NCBI GenBank assembly: GCA_000320545.1
Contig: ADNK01001491.1
Span: 1 to 40,124 of the forward strand
Origin: Bigelowiella natans CCMP2755
Taxonomy: Eukaryota; Protista; Cercozoa
DNA: 40,124 nt
Direction of reading: 5' to 3'
Shown: piece after piece, positions 24,602-35,173 of the stretch
How the letters are laid out: each line of letters starts with the position of its first letter
Position numbering within the stretch: the first letter of the stretch is position 1
The notes under the pieces: model-generated
The model's database searches: none
The model's input: the letters and a program-made list of their open reading frames with translations, nothing else
What the model was told of the DNA's origin: nothing
Position numbers and translations under genes: made by a program

Positions 24602-27600
24602 TCATCGCTTTCGGAACTTCACCAACCACCAGGTAATAGATTCCTCTCTAACCTTATCTCCTTTGTCGCTTACCCAGAACTCACCTTCGTCCTTAGGTTC
24701 GTGTCCATACCAGCCCTCTGCATCAAGGTCCCCCAGGACCTTATACCAGTGCTCAAAGGGTAAGTCGGGAACAGCTAGGTAGAGTAGCTGATATTTTCCG
24801 TCCTTTATTTTCATAGCTACCCTCTCCATATTTCGTAATCCAGGGTAGCCTAGATAGACAATCTTCATGCGCCAATCGTCGTTCACCCTGACCTTATTGT
24901 TTCCATATTCCACATCGAACTTAGGTCGGGGTCCTAAACAAGGCATTGCTCGCTCCCACACAGTAGGGTTTACTTTAACATCCTCTAGGAGCTTCTCACC
25001 GATATCATAATTCTTTAGGTGACTGATGTGGCGCAAGGTGACCCTGTTCCCATCATAGATGTAGTACTGCTTCCTCCCCTTCCTCTCGGTAACCTTTGCA
25101 ACGCCACCCCAGAAGGGGTCTTGTTTATTTCTCGATCTCAGATTTACCTTGGCCCTAACATACTGTCCTTCCTTTAGAACTCGGCCATCGTACGGGACCT
25201 TCTCGTCTTCGCTCTCGGTATCGTCGTCGTTGTCGTCGCCTTCTTCCCTCTCCTTATCCTTGATACCTCCCCCAGACGTGAAGGTGTCGTTTACTAACCC
25301 TTGTATCTTGTCTGGTGTGGTGCTATTTATCCTGCTTAGGTTGGCCAAGGTGCGGTGGAGTCGCTCTACCTTGGAGTTGGACTGGGCATAGTATACAGGT
25401 GAGGCATCAATATTAGGGTGTGGTAGCTGTAGAAGAGAGGTCTCATTATCCACATGTAACTTCTTTGGTATCTTGTTTATGCTAACTTCATCAGGGATAG
25501 CCTGGAGCTCAGACTCCCAGGTACGGTAGCAGTTAGTAAGCCTCTGCTTATATAAGCCTTTGTTCTTCTTAGCAACGTTGACCTTGATAATCTTTTTAAC
25601 CCAGCACTTTCCAGTGGCCACATCAACGAAGGTAAGGTAGTGATAGCCATCGTACTTATAAACATCAATTTGCACGATATCTAAGAAGTTCCTTGCTTTG
25701 ATTTTCTTAGATGCACGGCTCTTGCTGGACTCCTTGGTGGCGACGCCTGCCGCCTTCAAGCTGGAGCACCTGCAGCCACGCAGGTATGTCCTTATCTCTT
25801 TTAGCTTGTAGGGCCAGTAGTAATGGTAGAGTAGAGCAGTGATATGGTTTTCTCCTACGTGTGCAGGTCCATGGGCGGTAAAGAGAAGGGCTCCCCTGGT
25901 CCGCCGTGGCACGTAGGTACGCCTAACATTATTAGTGTATACATATATCCTATCACTAAGTACCTCATGCTTGTGTTTGTATTTATCCAGGTGTTCTTGA
26001 AGGTGCTGGAGCTCCTCTGGCTCAGGCAGGAAGTCGCCGTCCTCGAAGGTAATCGCGTTAACCATAGGGGTGACCTGGGTAGGGACTTTCTTTTCGAACA
26101 GCCTGCTGAAATAGTCAGCAAGCTGCTTGTCTCCTGGTGCGTAGACCACTGTCCTCTTGTCCCTAAACTCTTCCGTGTCCGCCCTCATAGCTGCATACTC
26201 ATCGTTAGGCGCTTCGAGCTTGCGGTCGATGCCTAGGAGGGGCTTGTGGTCAGTCATTAAGGTGAAGCTGGGCACCGACAGCAGGTAGTGTCTTAGTTTC
26301 CTCTGCGCCTCAGTCATGGCTTTATACTCTCCTTTTGTAGGGCTGTACTTGGCCTCAGCTGCTGTGCAGGCCCTGCCCCACACCCGTATGATCTGCTGGT
26401 CTTGGGTAAGTACAGCAGCCATACCTAGCTTAGACCAGTCTGTCCATAGGGTAGCTGGTCTAGTAGTGTCTAGCTTAGCATTCAATAGGGTGTTGCTGCA
26501 TAACTTTATTAGGTTATCGAAGTGGGCATCAAGGCCAGCCTTGGCCCACACCTTAGCGAAGCTGAGGCCTACAGAGTTCTCCTTCCGGTAAGCAGTAGTA
26601 AAAGCAGCTGCAGTCCTAGCGTAGGTAGGGGAGAACCTACGTAGTATCCAAGCTGCAGTCTGCAAGAATGACTTTAACTCCTTTGCATTCTTAGGTTTAG
26701 GGGCTTGCTGTAGTGCTGCTACTTTCTCGGGGTTTGGGGTGATGCGGCCTTGCTCCAGGTAATATCCACACCACTTGATTCTTGTAGCTAGGAATGTACA
26801 CTTCTGCAGTCTAATAGTAAAACCGAAGTGTGCAAACCTAATAAATATATTTTCCAGGAGGAAGATCTGAGCGACGACTGTGTTGGTACATATTATGTCA
26901 TCATCCACATACACAAACACAAACACCCACAACACAGACGCCATCCCATCATGTGTGTATGCCCTGTAGTTCTGACTACTGAACGCATCCCCTGATATGC
27001 TTAGGCCGTAAGGGAATACGACGAAGTGCCACTTCCTGTGCCTGCTGGAGAACGCGGTAATGGGGCGGGAGGTTTTGTGGATGGGTGTCTGCATGTATGA
27101 TTCATTTTTATCTAGGGAAGAGTAGTATTTGTATCCTATGACGTGTTCAATAACGTCATCTATCCTTGGTGTAGGTGTCTGGATCCTCTTTATTACTCGG
27201 TTGTGGCGGATGAAGTTGTGCGCCAGGCGGAAGAAAGGGTAAGTAGGTTTCTTAGCTAGCACATGTCTCACGTTCCATGGTGAGTTGCTTGGCTCTATCT
27301 TCCCTTCCTTTGCCCATTCATTGATCTGCCACTCTATCTTTTCCCAGTCCGCTTCCGGTCGCCTATGTTCTGGGTCATTGATGATGCACTCTTCGTATCC
27401 CTTCTTTAGCTCGATCTTTACTGGGGTAAGCTTGCTGGAGGGCTTCGTCGTCGGCTTGGTGATGTCAGAGTACTTCTCGTTTAATATTTTATTAATGTAC
27501 TTTTTGCCTTTGTCGATATCCCAATCATCAGCTGGGGGGGTCTTGTCCAGTAGCTCCGTTATCTGTCGGATGGTCTTGCCGGGGTTCTTCTTCCGTAGCT

Positions 27601-29575
27601 CGGTAGGTGTAGGTAGCTTGTTGTCCGCTAGGTCCATAAACTCTAACGCATTAACGCTTGACTCAGAGGTCCACTCGTCAAGCCGTATCATGTTCTGGCT
27701 GATGGTCCTGCCTGACTTCTTTGGCAACTTAGCAAAGTATATCTTGTGATTGTAGAATGATATGATCCCCCCTAATTTTTCTAGGGCATCCTGTCCGAGG
27801 AGTAGTTCCATGGATAAAGTCATGGCTACTCGGGTCTTGATTTGGGTCTCCGCGTCGCTGCCAGGTATCTGTAGCTTTAGCATTAGCTCACCGACGGTCT
27901 TCATGGAAGAGCTTCCGTCTGCTTGAGCATATTTACGTTCTTTCTTAGTCACTTGATCCAATAGTCCTAACCTTCTTACTGTGCTTAGGCTTATGAAGGA
28001 CTTCGGCATGCTGCCACTATCCCAAAGGGCAGGTAGTTTCTTGTAGTCTCCGTAGCTGTCTTTAACTTTAACCTTGGTCATAGCAACTTTGATAGTCCTG
28101 TTAGCGTCTTCGTCATTAATGTTGCATACTCCTAAGTTCTTTATGTCGTCTAGGGTCATGGGCTTGTCTTGGTCCTGCGTTGCTGGTACTGCTGTCTTCG
28201 TCGGCGCCTGCTTAAGGTGATCTAATATTCCGTTTATCTGCTGCTGTATAGCATTGATACTGTTCTGCTTTTTGTTCTTATATTTATTGTTCTTCCCGTT
28301 GTTGCTGCCTTGCCATTTGCTGTTGTTATATCCTTGTCCTCTGCCTTTCTTTCTCTTTAACTTCTCGTAGTGTTCGTTGAGCTGCCTGATCGTCATCCTG
28401 GGTCGTCCTTCTTTCCTGTCTCTGCAGTCTTTAGCGGTGTGTTTCCCTTTACGTGAGCAGTATCCGCAACGTCGGTTACCTTCCCTGTCCTTGTACCAGT
28501 CTCGCTGCGGCTTAATAGCGTTAATGTTTCCTATGCCAGGTACCTTAGGGCTGGTAAACTTGCGGTCCTGCTCCTGCTCGCGTAGGGATATAGCCTGCAC
28601 TGCTGCCTCCATCGTGGTGTAGCCTTTCTCCGTAACGTAAGTGGATTCCTTTATCTTTAACTTGAACTCTTCAAACCTTGCCTGATCATCACCTGTGTTG
28701 TAATTAAAATCATGTAGTTCGTCGATCATATCCTGGAAGCGCGTGGCAAAGTCTCTAACAGGTTCTCTCTCATGCTGCATCATTGCTCTGTATTTTCTAA
28801 TAGCCTGGGGTAGGGAGTTAGCATCCTGTTCATTTACAAAAGCCTTCATTATCGCCTCAACGTCTCGTAGCCCACTAACTGTAGTGTGTATTTTCTCTAG
28901 CTGCCTGATCCGGGTCCTGCCTGTCTCGTAAAGGTCCATGGCTTGCTTTATTATAGCTAGCCATTTGAGCTTGTCGTTTTCGGTGGGGTTAGGGGTAAAG
29001 TCGCAGAGTATACTCCTAGCGTTCTTCCACCACCTCCTTGCCTCACCTCTTTTCCCGTTGTATTTCGTTATCATAACCGGTGCTGTTTTAACAGACATGA
29101 ACTGGGTGTTCCGCTGTACCGGCTGCTGCTGCTTGACGGTGCTCTGGGTCGTCCCCCGCGAGGCGCCCAGACCCCCGTCGTTCCTAAACAAAGCTGCCCA
29201 CTCTGGAGGTAAGTCTGCTTCGTAATCCATGATGTCCTGCATGATAGCTGCCCAAACATCATGTGTCTGATACTTGTATTCTATCGATACTTTCAGTTTG
29301 GCGTAGTTGCTCGCCCTGGGTCGCAAGGCTCGTAATGCCATTACGACCTTCTTGCTTTCGGCGGCCACGTCCTCGTCGTCCGCCTCGTAGAAGTTCTCCA
29401 GTGCCTCTGCTGCTGCATCTGCTTTCTTAATCCCGGGTGCTGGTCCCGGCGGTGCCTGTGGAGGTGTTCCTCCTCCTTCCTTAGCGTCCGTATCGCCCTT
29501 CCTTTCCTGTTTCTGCTCGTGCCCTTGCACGGCCTGCGAGCCAAAGTCCTGCTGTTCTTCTAGCTGCTGTGACAT
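24602..29575 (-). CDS. Gag-Pol polyprotein, 1657 aa, with C-terminal Dam-like extension
   Basis: Zn knuckle CGYCSRKGKHTAKDC; protease LWDSGS; RT SSLD...PYGL...YVDD; RNase H TDWS...E...TDHKPL...ADYFSR; integrase H-x3-H...CRC, QID...VDNE...SNSKVER; GPY/F-like module; ~134-aa extra domain. Confidence 0.97.
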   Translation of the reverse strand: MSQQLEEQQDFGSQAVQGHEQKQERKGDTDAKEGGGTPPQAPPGPAPGIKKADAAAEALENFYEADDEDVAAESKKVVMALRALRPRASNYAKLKVSIEYKYQTHDVWAAIMQDIMDYEADLPPEWAALFRNDGGLGASRGTTQSTVKQQQPVQRNTQFMSVKTAPVMITKYNGKRGEARRWWKNARSILCDFTPNPTENDKLKWLAIIKQAMDLYETGRTRIRQLEKIHTTVSGLRDVEAIMKAFVNEQDANSLPQAIRKYRAMMQHEREPVRDFATRFQDMIDELHDFNYNTGDDQARFEEFKLKIKESTYVTEKGYTTMEAAVQAISLREQEQDRKFTSPKVPGIGNINAIKPQRDWYKDREGNRRCGYCSRKGKHTAKDCRDRKEGRPRMTIRQLNEHYEKLKRKKGRGQGYNNSKWQGSNNGKNNKYKNKKQNSINAIQQQINGILDHLKQAPTKTAVPATQDQDKPMTLDDIKNLGVCNINDEDANRTIKVAMTKVKVKDSYGDYKKLPALWDSGSMPKSFISLSTVRRLGLLDQVTKKERKYAQADGSSSMKTVGELMLKLQIPGSDAETQIKTRVAMTLSMELLLGQDALEKLGGIISFYNHKIYFAKLPKKSGRTISQNMIRLDEWTSESSVNALEFMDLADNKLPTPTELRKKNPGKTIRQITELLDKTPPADDWDIDKGKKYINKILNEKYSDITKPTTKPSSKLTPVKIELKKGYEECIINDPEHRRPEADWEKIEWQINEWAKEGKIEPSNSPWNVRHVLAKKPTYPFFRLAHNFIRHNRVIKRIQTPTPRIDDVIEHVIGYKYYSSLDKNESYMQTPIHKTSRPITAFSSRHRKWHFVVFPYGLSISGDAFSSQNYRAYTHDGMASVLWVFVFVYVDDDIICTNTVVAQIFLLENIFIRFAHFGFTIRLQKCTFLATRIKWCGYYLEQGRITPNPEKVAALQQAPKPKNAKELKSFLQTAAWILRRFSPTYARTAAAFTTAYRKENSVGLSFAKVWAKAGLDAHFDNLIKLCSNTLLNAKLDTTRPATLWTDWSKLGMAAVLTQDQQIIRVWGRACTAAEAKYSPTKGEYKAMTEAQRKLRHYLLSVPSFTLMTDHKPLLGIDRKLEAPNDEYAAMRADTEEFRDKRTVVYAPGDKQLADYFSRLFEKKVPTQVTPMVNAITFEDGDFLPEPEELQHLQEHLDKYKHKHEVLSDRIYVYTNNVRRTYVPRRTRGALLFTAHGPAHVGENHITALLYHYYWPYKLKEIRTYLRGCRCSSLKAAGVATKESSKSRASKKIKARNFLDIVQIDVYKYDGYHYLTFVDVATGKCWVKKIIKVNVAKKNKGLYKQRLTNCYRTWESELQAIPDEVSINKIPKKLHVDNETSLLQLPHPNIDASPVYYAQSNSKVERLHRTLANLSRINSTTPDKIQGLVNDTFTSGGGIKDKEREEGDDNDDDTESEDEKVPYDGRVLKEGQYVRAKVNLRSRNKQDPFWGGVAKVTERKGRKQYYIYDGNRVTLRHISHLKNYDIGEKLLEDVKVNPTVWERAMPCLGPRPKFDVEYGNNKVRVNDDWRMKIVYLGYPGLRNMERVAMKIKDGKYQLLYLAVPDLPFEHWYKVLGDLDAEGWYGHEPKDEGEFWVSDKGDKVREESITWWLVKFRKR

Positions 29576-29591
29576 TGTTAGTCAAATCGTT

Positions 29592-29609
29592 TCCCGTGTG
29601 TGGAAGCCA
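29592..29609 (-). promoter_or_regulatory. Primer-binding site
   Basis: Minus-strand TGGCTTCCACACACGGGA, starting 5 nt after the 5' LTR. The primer tRNA was not identified (loosely Glu/Asp-like). Confidence 0.65.
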
Positions 29610-29614
29610 AAGGT

Positions 29615-29940
29615 TGTTGCGCGTAAGGTGTTCACAGGCCGAGGCGCTACGTGCACAAGTAGGCAGGGGGGGGGAAAGGCACGTTTGCTTCCTTTTGAAG
29701 AGTTGTGTTTATTTTTATTAAAGATTATATTTTTATTAAATCGTGCACTGCGTAATCATTCGCGAAGCTTTCGCGAATGCCGCCGCACGTGGGGCAGCAC
29801 ACTTCCGGTGTGCTGCCATGAGTCCCGCCGGAACCCACGTGCCTATGCTGTATTAATATCTACGTTATCTATATTCTATATCCGCGACAACCCCTTTGTT
29901 GTCGCACGTGACTTGTGCCCGCGTAGTGGTACGCGCTACA
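29615..29940 (-). repeat. 5' LTR
   Basis: Matches 24225-24550; followed on the minus strand by the PBS and the gag ATG. Confidence 0.97.
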
Positions 29941-29944
29941 CCCT

Positions 29945-30850
29945 TGGGCCCTTAGGCAGTGACTGTTAGCAGCAGTGGTGACAGTCTAGCAGTGTGGTAG
30001 CAGTGGCAGCGATGACTGCACATCCACCTACCGGTGTTTGAGCTGAACTGACGAAAGGCTAATCACTCTCGGCTTGCTAGCTTGGGATTGAACCTCTGAG
30101 AGATCAATCACACGATCACACTTGTTGTTCCAGTGCCATGTTGGAATCCCAATTACCAGACTGAGACACCCAATCATTGCATGCGTGTGCTTATCCAACC
30201 TCAATGTGATGCAAAAAAGAACAAGAAAGCACACAACAAGTCAGACTTGCGTCTTCCTGCGACATGGCACATCATTCACGTGCGTTTGTGGCTCACGTTG
30301 AACTCGCTAACTCGTCTAGACGTCTAGACGTCTAGATCTAGAGAATGAGATGTGTGGACGTGTGGACCACATGATACAAGAATGGAGATGATTTATTTGC
30401 TCCTGCGCTACAATGATGTTGCATGCTGCTTTTGTCAACTCCATTCTGCCAGTCTAGCATTCTGTGAACGTGCATCAAAAATTCAAAATTGCTTTCAAGT
30501 TCAACACACAGACACCAAATGTGTGCAAATGTGTCACACAATGTGCTCACTGCCCTGGCATTTCGAGATTATTCTTGCGTCGATCAAATCTAGAAGTGAA
30601 CAAGTGATTTCCCCACATGCACGCATGCTCTGTCATTGCATCATGCTGGCATCATGCCATGACACTGCGTTGTGATGAGTTAACGTGGTAGCAGATTAAC
30701 ATCAGTGGGCTTCCTGTTATTGTGTCTAGCAATGCTGACTTTAATGCGTCTACCTGCAACTCTGAACCCATTCATGCATTGAACCGCAAATTCAGCTGCC
30801 TGCAACATAGGAGAGTACGCTTTAGGTGTCAAAACGAAATGTGCACATTC
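29945..30850. other. TpA-depleted patch flanking the LTR element
   Basis: TG/CA-rich, survivors mostly TAG/CTAG (gtctagacgtctagacgtctagatctag at ~30314-30341). Confidence 0.75.
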
Positions 30851-31454
30851 GCTTCAGACAGATTAGATTGGTGTAGTTTTAGATCATAAAAATACAACAA
30901 TGATAGCCTTTTACTAGATCAAGAGCCACAAAAAATGTAATCAATAATTTATGAGTGTTCCAGTTCCAAAAATGGTTAATTTGATGGCAAATTTGATTGC
31001 TATGAAAATACGTGCTTGATTTCTCAAGGTCGAATGAATTGTTGATTGATTTCCCCAGATAAATGTATCCGAAAAATTCAATTAATGCGACAATCAAAAT
31101 GCTAACTCTATGCAATAGCATTTGGCAAATTAAATTCCATAATTGTAAACCATTTGAAATTCCCATCCTCAGGCGTTTGGAAATCATATTAATTGATTAA
31201 ATATGAATCAAACCTTTTCAGAATCGAATTGTACAAAACCATAGCACTTGCTCAGTCCAGTCAGCAGGTCGGTAACTATACGGACATTTTCCACGTTTCC
31301 ACATGTTCGAAAGAGGAGAAAAAGATCCTAAATGAAATATCATTAGTCTCACTAAATCAACAAACATACACGACTTAACCCTTACTGGATTTCGAAAAAT
31401 TTGAGGCAGATTACAAACAAAGATGCTGCATCCAGTTCCTGTGATTTAATTAGG

Positions 31455-32630
31455 TCAGCTAATGAATTCAATGTCAAAGTCACAAATTCTACTCTCACCT
31501 TGCCTCGCTGGTGGACAATGCTGAGATTTATTCCGAATTCCCAAAATTGGTGGTTGTGGATCTAGAGGTATTTTGTGGTAGGGTGGTCTAGGAACCATGT
31601 GGGGAAACAAGTACTGGTTATTCCGATGCATTATGTGGCCATTGCTAGGCTTTGGTTGCTCTATGTGTGAGTCTTGGATGCGAAGATGCAGTCCTGGAGG
31701 ATGAGACGGGTTTGTAGCGATAGTAGCGATCTTCCTATGACGCACCAATTGTGCTACTGTTAGGGACTCATTAATCTTCTGTGGAACACTAGCTCTACGT
31801 TTCTTGTTGAGTTGTGGTAATTGAGAAGGTAATTGAGAAGGTATAATGTGGTCCTCCAAGGCGAGTGCCTTTCGCTTTCCTCTTTCAAATTTTGTCGCTT
31901 CTTTTGCAATTGGAGATGATGCACTCTTAGATTGGGCTAGTGATATTTTTGGTGGCAAATTTACTTTCTTATCAGTATCGATACTACCCCCAGGCCCACT
32001 ATCACCAATAGTATTGAAAGCTGTTGGTGAGTAAATTTCCTTCACGATGCCCATCCGACTATTAGTCTTAATTTCAACGTTTTTGTGATGATCAGGTTTT
32101 TCCATAACTTTTATAAGCATAGAGGCATCCGGATAATACCCATCGCTCTTACGCTGACTTTCGACAGATGCTTTCAATACTAATAAATTTTCAACGTCGT
32201 TAAATTTATTTTTTATTTTGTCCCTACTTGTCTCTGTACATTCTTCATTTACTATAGAATTTCTTTCCAGAAATGGAAAAAGGCCAAGCCAGTCATCGCA
32301 AACCTTTTCGGTATCCAGGATTTGTGTGTGTGTGTGCGTGTGTGTGTGATGGGGAGGGAGTGATTATTTAATGATAGGAGGAGCGAATTTGTTTCCATAA
32401 CATACTGCGTTTATGTTGTTCATTGATACAATTAGTAATTAGTCATGCACTCAGAAATTATCTTTAACAAAACTAATCAGTGGAAAGTCATCAAATCAAC
32501 ACACTTCAGTATCACAAAGAGAGCAAGCATATGAACTCCAGCTATGGAGCCCTTGCAGCTCACACATCTTAGAGAAGGAAACAAATGCAAACACTGGCTG
32601 ACCGCGAGAGATAGCTTCGCCTCCATCTCG
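31455..32630 (-). CDS. Hypothetical protein; last exon ~31455-32300, upstream exons uncertain
   Basis: >240-codon open frame, Pro/Ser/Lys-rich with basic clusters (KKRR). No recognised domain. Confidence 0.55.
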
Positions 32631-33197
32631 ACGTCCCGATTGGTACTGAGAACTGACGAATATGAACGGGGGTTTGTGCACTGCGACAACGACAAAGGAA
32701 CTATTGCGCTAGACGAAAGCCGCTACTTCCACATGCGCAGGGCCCTTGTGGTGTTACGACCCACTTTGAATGTTGTCGTAGAAACAAAAAAGAAGGAAGA
32801 AAAGAAAAGAGAGACCAGGCGTTTCCATCGTGCAGGACAAAATTTAAGCATGATATATCCTAGATGCATCCTCTGACAACAGCATTCATGCTGCCATCGT
32901 GCTATCATACCCAGATCGAGATGAGGTTGTCTGCATAAAGATTTGGATGTTTTCGGTTAATTTTTCTCCCCTTGCGCCAATGAATCTACTCATCGGCAAA
33001 GAAACCCTACGTAAAATACGTCGGATTTTGGTGCTGCGCAAAGGAAGATTTCCCACGAGTAGGTTTACCCAGGATTTGCACTGAACAAGTAATTGAAAAT
33101 GAGTTAATTTGCTTGTCGCATCCTGGAAATCCAAATGAAATCGCACCAAGTCACAAAAATCAGCACAAACAGCCGACAGCGGTGGAGCTTCGGAACA

Positions 33198-34533
33198 ATG
33201 GGCGACGATGGGAACAAGACTGCAAAATGGCGGGACACAAACATGGCGCTCTTCGGCAGTGATTTGGAAAAAAAAATCAAAGCTGCAGCTGCCATGGATG
33301 AACCTGCATGGAAGCAGGCTGGACAAAAAGTTGGCCTGCAGATCTGGCGGATCGAAAAGTTTCACGTCGTTGAGTGGCCATCTCAAAAGAAGGGACAATT
33401 CCACGTTGGCGATTCCTATATCATGCTCAACACGTACAAGAAAAAGTCTCGAAAGAATTCCGGAAATGAAGCTCTAGCATGGGTCTGCCGAGTCAGTGTT
33501 TGTGCAAATGGGGATGAGAAGGGTAGGGGTTCGATGAATCCTTGTGAGTATACGTGAGAGAGTTTTGCTCAAACTACAAAATCGTTATCACTCACACAAA
33601 ACCAAATGTGTCACATGTAAGGATGTCCATTTCTGGATCGGGTCTCAGTCAACGGCAGACGAATATGGCACCGCAGCTTACAAGACAGTCGAGCTTGACC
33701 ACCTGCTGAGCGACAAAGCTCACCAGCATCGAGAAACGGAGGGCCGGGAATCAAAGCTATTTCGCTCTTACTTTACAGGCCACAACCGACTTCGCTATCT
33801 TTCTGGGGGGATCGAGACCGGTTTCAACCACGTAGAGGAGAAAAAGGTGAAACCAAGGTTGTATAGAATTAAGGGACTGCGCGGGCACATCTCACTTAAG
33901 GAGGTCCCAATGACCAAGTCCTCCTTGAACGACGGCGACGTGTTCATTCTTGACAAAGGCGATTCCATCGTTCAATGGAATGGTTGTAAATCAAACACCT
34001 CGGAAAAACGTCAGGGAGGGGAATTCATCCGAGACGTCAAAGACTCACGTGGTGGTAAACCCATGATCGCCATAATTGATCAAACAGCCCCAGGGCAAGA
34101 GTCTAATGAGGCAGAGTTCTGGGACATGCTAGGAAATAAGGGGAAGATTCAAAGTGCTCGTCGGGGAGGCAATGATGCGGATGAACATGATTTCACGCCT
34201 CAGCTATGGAGGATACGCGAAGTCGGTGGTGGGAAGATCACATGGCAGAAGATGGCAGAACAAAAGAAAATCGAACGAGCTCGTTTTGCTTCTCAGGATG
34301 TTTTCATACTCGATGTTGGATTTCATGCATTCGTGTGGGTGGGGATGAAATCCTCCGCAACAGAGAAGGCCTCTGGAATGCGTTATGCAGATCACTATCT
34401 AGAAAAAAATGGACGTCCTCCAACTATTCCGATATCAAGGATACGTGAGGGAAGCAAAAGGAAGAACCACGACTTTGAGAAATACCTTAACGATGATCCA
34501 ATTCCTACTGCTTGTGCGTGCATAATTTTGTGA
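33198..34533 (+). CDS. Gelsolin/severin/fragmin-like actin-binding protein (3 repeats, ~398 aa); exons 33198-33482, 33622-34533
   Basis: GLQIWRIEKF...GQFHVGDSYI, DVHFWIGSQSTADEYGTAAYKTVELD, QHRE, GGIETGFNHV, SLNDGDVFILD, QDVFILD...VWVG. Ends in CACIIL*. Confidence 0.95.
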
Positions 34534-34539
34534 ATGCTA

Positions 34540-35010
34540 GTTCAATGATCAATCGCCGTCGCTGAAAATGAATGTTTTCCCATGCACACTACTAGACTAG
34601 TAGCATGGCCTGCAGTGCATTTTCATACATGTTCTTCGCATTGTATGTGCCTCTCAATTGCAAATACGTTGTGCATGTTGCATGTGTTGTCTCCATTTTG
34701 CGTCTGTAGTGTGCAGCTGCACTTTCACATGAGACCGATGCAGTGGATAAAATCATGTTCTCACTCAGAGCTAGAGAGGCACAACTAGACAACATAAGTG
34801 CGGCTGATGTTTTCAATAATTATTCTAATGTCTAGATGTGGCTCTGCCGGCCGCAGCATCAATTTGTGCTTGTTGTTTTTCAGCCAATGTGTAGATGTGT
34901 CTGAGCACGTTTGTGCGCACGTTTGCACTAGCGCTAGTGCTTGCACACGACGTGGACATTTCAGCATGAAAAATGTGCTGGTCACTGACACACGCAGAAA
35001 AGTTAAATCA
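34540..35010. other. TpA-depleted intergenic patch
   Basis: TG/CA-rich with actagactagtag, gctag, tctag and ctagcgctag survivors. Confidence 0.7.
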
Positions 35011-35173
35011 TTGTGCATAGAAGACACGTATTGGTTTAGCGTGGTTCATTGGTCCTATCTATTTAGATTGCAGAAACAAACAGATACCTAGGGATACAAC
35101 ATAATGAGCACTGTAGACGCTGCATACCATATCATAGTGTCCGAGACAATCACCCATGTGCAGCATTTAGTGA

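Larger units (their letters stand above)
24225..29940 (-). mobile_element. Full-length Ty3/Gypsy-like LTR retrotransposon
   Basis: Two 326-bp LTRs (24225-24550, 29615-29940) that look identical, TG...CA ends, 4-bp TSD CCCT (24221-24224 and 29941-29944), single intact ORF with order gag-PR-RT-RH-IN. Confidence 0.97.
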
